Part shown: positions 60,801 through 64,000 of the stretch, in pieces
How the letters are laid out: each line of letters starts with the position of its first letter
Position numbering within the stretch: the first letter of the stretch is position 1
Source of the DNA: Schmidtea polychroa
Taxonomy: Eukaryota
Assembly (NCBI GenBank): GCA_044892525.1
Contig: CM097886.1
Coordinates: 128,588,001 to 128,652,000 of the forward strand
DNA length: 64,000 bases
Direction: 5' to 3'
Made by a program: the position numbers and the translations under genes
Notes under the pieces: generated by a model
Database searches by the model: none
What the model was told of the DNA's origin: nothing
Seen by the model: only the letters and a program-made list of their open reading frames with translations

Positions 60801-62749
60801 ATCACATGGATAAAAATATTTTTAAAAAATTTTCTCCCTCCTGGAAAAGTTTCTGTGGACGCCCATGTTTGTATATTGAAGTTTTTATATTAGTATTATT
60901 ATCAAATTGGGAAATACAAAGATAGATAGATTATAATGATGATGATATAAATAATAATATTATACTAATCATTGTTTATTAATAAAAAATACAAAATATT
61001 TATCCTAACCTGTCAACGAGATCTGTTGTGGATATTCCATGAGTACGTTTAAATTCTCTGAAAAGATTGTTAATAAAACTGTCGACTTACACCGAAATTT
61101 ACTTGAATTTATTGGCAAACTTTACTTTATGATATGTATCAAGCCCATCGGCACCAACTGTTATGTCATCTGAAAATGATTATTATTCGTTTCGTCATCT
61201 AATAATTATATATATATATATCAGATTAGCTTTGGTGTGAAGCTTTAGAAGGAAGCAATAATGAATCAAGGCAATAATAAATGAAACCATCGCAGGCAGA
61301 AATATTTTGCAGGATATAATTGTTCGGTAATCTTAGTCATTTCAACTAAGATTAGCTTATAATATCTCATATAGCAAACAGCGCATATAAAGTAAAAGAA
61401 GCAATTAGAACGAGAAGAAAGTTGCAATAAGAAGAACATCCCTAAGAAAAGAAATTGGCGCTGTAAACTTTATTGAATTTGATAGTTATATTTCCATAGA
61501 CTATATTAAAAGGAAATAGATATTTGAAACTGCTAAACGAGTACAGGGCGTACAAATGGGAAATAGTTGCTTACTGGTAAACAGAATACTTACCTCCATG
61601 GGCACAGAAATCACAATTATGTTTCTCCAATATTTCTACCTCGGTTACATATGGAGCATCCTCAACAACCTGCAACATTTCCAATATTAATTATTGCAAA
61701 CTAAACAATCTCAAAAATACTGTTTAATGTTAAAAATTAGAATAATTTACTATTTAAATTAATAAGCAAAATAATTTATTTAACCTTTTCAGTCCTATCG
61801 GTACCATCTGCCAACATAACACTGACAGGGCTGTAACTTGAATTTGAAACTGCAACTTTGGTGTCAAACATTATATGTCGCATATGCAAACTATTGTAAA
61901 GCAAACTCATAAGTAGCTGTGACAACGTTTGAATTGACGGTTATTTTTGTTATTTTTCAAAGGGTTAAGGTAGGTAATAAAGGAATAAATTTCGGTTGGC
62001 GAGCGGGTCAATCGTTTTGGGGTAGTAAGGCACAAGGAAATGTTCAAGATAAAATGATTTGTTCAGCTGCGATATTGCGTAATATTACAAGGTATATATT
62101 ACGTCACAACTGGTTTCATCACAACATTATTACAGGGAAACTTTTAATAAGACAGATGATATATTTATTACAAAAAGGAAAATTAATTTAAGCTCACTAA
62201 ATTGATGATTGGACAAGTTTAATTATTTTGGAATTTTATTATTATTTGATTCCATCCGATGTCATTACAAACTTTAAATGTGCCGGCACCTATTTGGTGA
62301 CATAACGATAATATGAGTTGCTGTCTAGTTCGTGATTTTCAATGCGGTTGGGAGTGAATTGCTTACATGGTACCGATGACGGCTAAATAAGTTCGAACTA
62401 ATCTACCATTAAGGTCTAATATTTATTTGTCTAATATTTCTACTTTCTGATAAAATTCAATAATAATAAATAACAATAAAAATAATTACATGTGGAAAAA
62501 GCACTAACATACATAAATATATAATGTATGAAATATTAATGATATTACTATAACATAAATATTATCTAGAAACCATGCTAATGCAAAATATATGCCATTC
62601 ACCCCCCCCCCTCCTGCTGGACATAGCACAGATGCTCAATAAAAAATAATGTGCAATTTTTGCGATACATTTATATGAATTATCGAGTGAAAAGCCATAA
62701 ATGCCAATTAATATTAGTAATTAATATTAGTAAGCTATGAAAAACCTTA

Positions 62750-64000
62750 ATGTGCTAAAATACTTAGAAGCTTCTCAGGAATGTGTAATTATTATAGGAA
62801 ATTCATAAAAGATTACAACAGTCTAGCAGGAAGTTTAGAAACTTATTGTGGTAGTAATAAAGATAAATTAAATTAGTCTGAAACTTGTGAAGGAGCATTT
62901 AAAAAACTGAAAAGAGGGCTATAGATAGCACCGGTAATAAAATACCTAAATTTAAAAAAAAGATTTTATTTTAGACACGGATGCGAGTTTTGACACTATA
63001 GATGTTGTTTTACCATGAGATGATGAAGGGAATGAAATAGTTGTAGCGTATGGCTCACGTGCAATGAGCAAGCACGAACTAGGATAATGTATAACAATGA
63101 AGGAACTTTACGCTTTATTTATTACTTCAAACATTATCTTTGTGGGAAGTTTATATATCATAAACCAATAACATTCATGATAACTACAAAAAACCCAACA
63201 CACCTCAGTTCAAAATATGGATAAACTTTTTAAGGCGTTTGAATAGGAAAGGAACCCAACATAGAAACGCAGATGCTATGTCAAGAAATATTTGTGAAAC
63301 AAGCACCCAGTGCAGAATGCAGCATGAAGACGGAAAGAAAGAGAGAATAAAAACAAGGGCTTCAGCAATATGAACATAAAATAATTATTGGCAAGAGACA
63401 AATTGAAGCAAAACAAACACAGCAGTTTAAAATATCAAGCGATGTTGTAGTTACTGTCAAAGGCATAATTTGGGTTCCAGAGGCAGAAAGAGACCAAATT
63501 TGTCTTAGAGAGATCATAAGATGTTTTTTCATGCAGAAATCAAAAAAGTAACTGACTATATTGGAACGAAAAATGACATGAAAACCATGAATAAAATCAT
63601 AAAAATGGTAATAAATAACAGTTTAAACTGCCAAAAACAGAAGCCAATGACAACTAAAACAAAACAAGTAGCAGAAAGACAATTTGAAATAATTCATGTG
63701 AACTTTTGTGGTCCACTTCAAACAAGTTTTTGTAGTAAGAAATATATTTTCGGTATGATCTATCAATTTAGTCGACACATAAAATTGAGAGCAGTTTCAA
63801 AACAGGGCCATAAAACAACTGCAAATACAATTATGGGAAAATGGATCCTGAAATTCGGAGCTCCAAAAAAAATTCAATTTGAATCTCAAACATTTAAAAA
63901 ACTCATGAAAAAGCACTATATAAAAGTACGATATTCAAGCCCTTATCATCAGAGCGTAAATGAACTAATACACAGGCATTTCAGAACTATCGAAGACTAT
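62750..64000 (+). pseudogene. Degenerate Ty3/Gypsy pol (RNase H and integrase), runs off the window
   Basis: FILDTDASFDTI...GNEIVVAYGSRAMSKHELG*CITMKELYA (RNase H). IWVPE...HKMFFH...NCQKQK, FEIIHVNFCGP, WILKFGAPKKI and SSPYH (integrase). Many stops. Confidence 0.88.

Overview
AT-rich animal genomic DNA with short (46-54 nt) GT-AG introns and two assembly gaps. The style fits a triclad flatworm (planarian), but that assignment is inference. The main feature is the 5' part of a giant Ty3/Gypsy-type LTR retrotransposon on the minus strand (12363 to <1). It has a 4.3 kb LTR that encodes two proteins, a tRNA-Pro primer-binding site, a stand-alone IAP-type RING ORF and a repeat-containing leader. 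These are followed by a >1340 aa polyprotein that the ORF track omits because it runs off the window. I translated it by hand: Gag, three CCHC knuckles, two putative ubiquitin-like domains and a clear TRAF-type MATH domain, punctuated by five copies of an [RKQ]I[NC][ML][ML][RQ] motif that may be protease sites. A diverged 4.06 kb solo LTR with similar termini and a homologous ORF (47652-51708) is nested in a hAT MITE downstream of a multi-exon RFX transcription-factor gene (34464-45457). The window also has a near-identical inverted pair of a 319 aa orphan ORF, an internally deleted short-LTR Gypsy element, two small membrane-protein ORFs, EF1-alpha and ubiquitin pseudogenes, and many MITE, hAT, Tigger, Helitron and Gypsy remnants. 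Domain calls are from motif recognition by eye; no searches were run.
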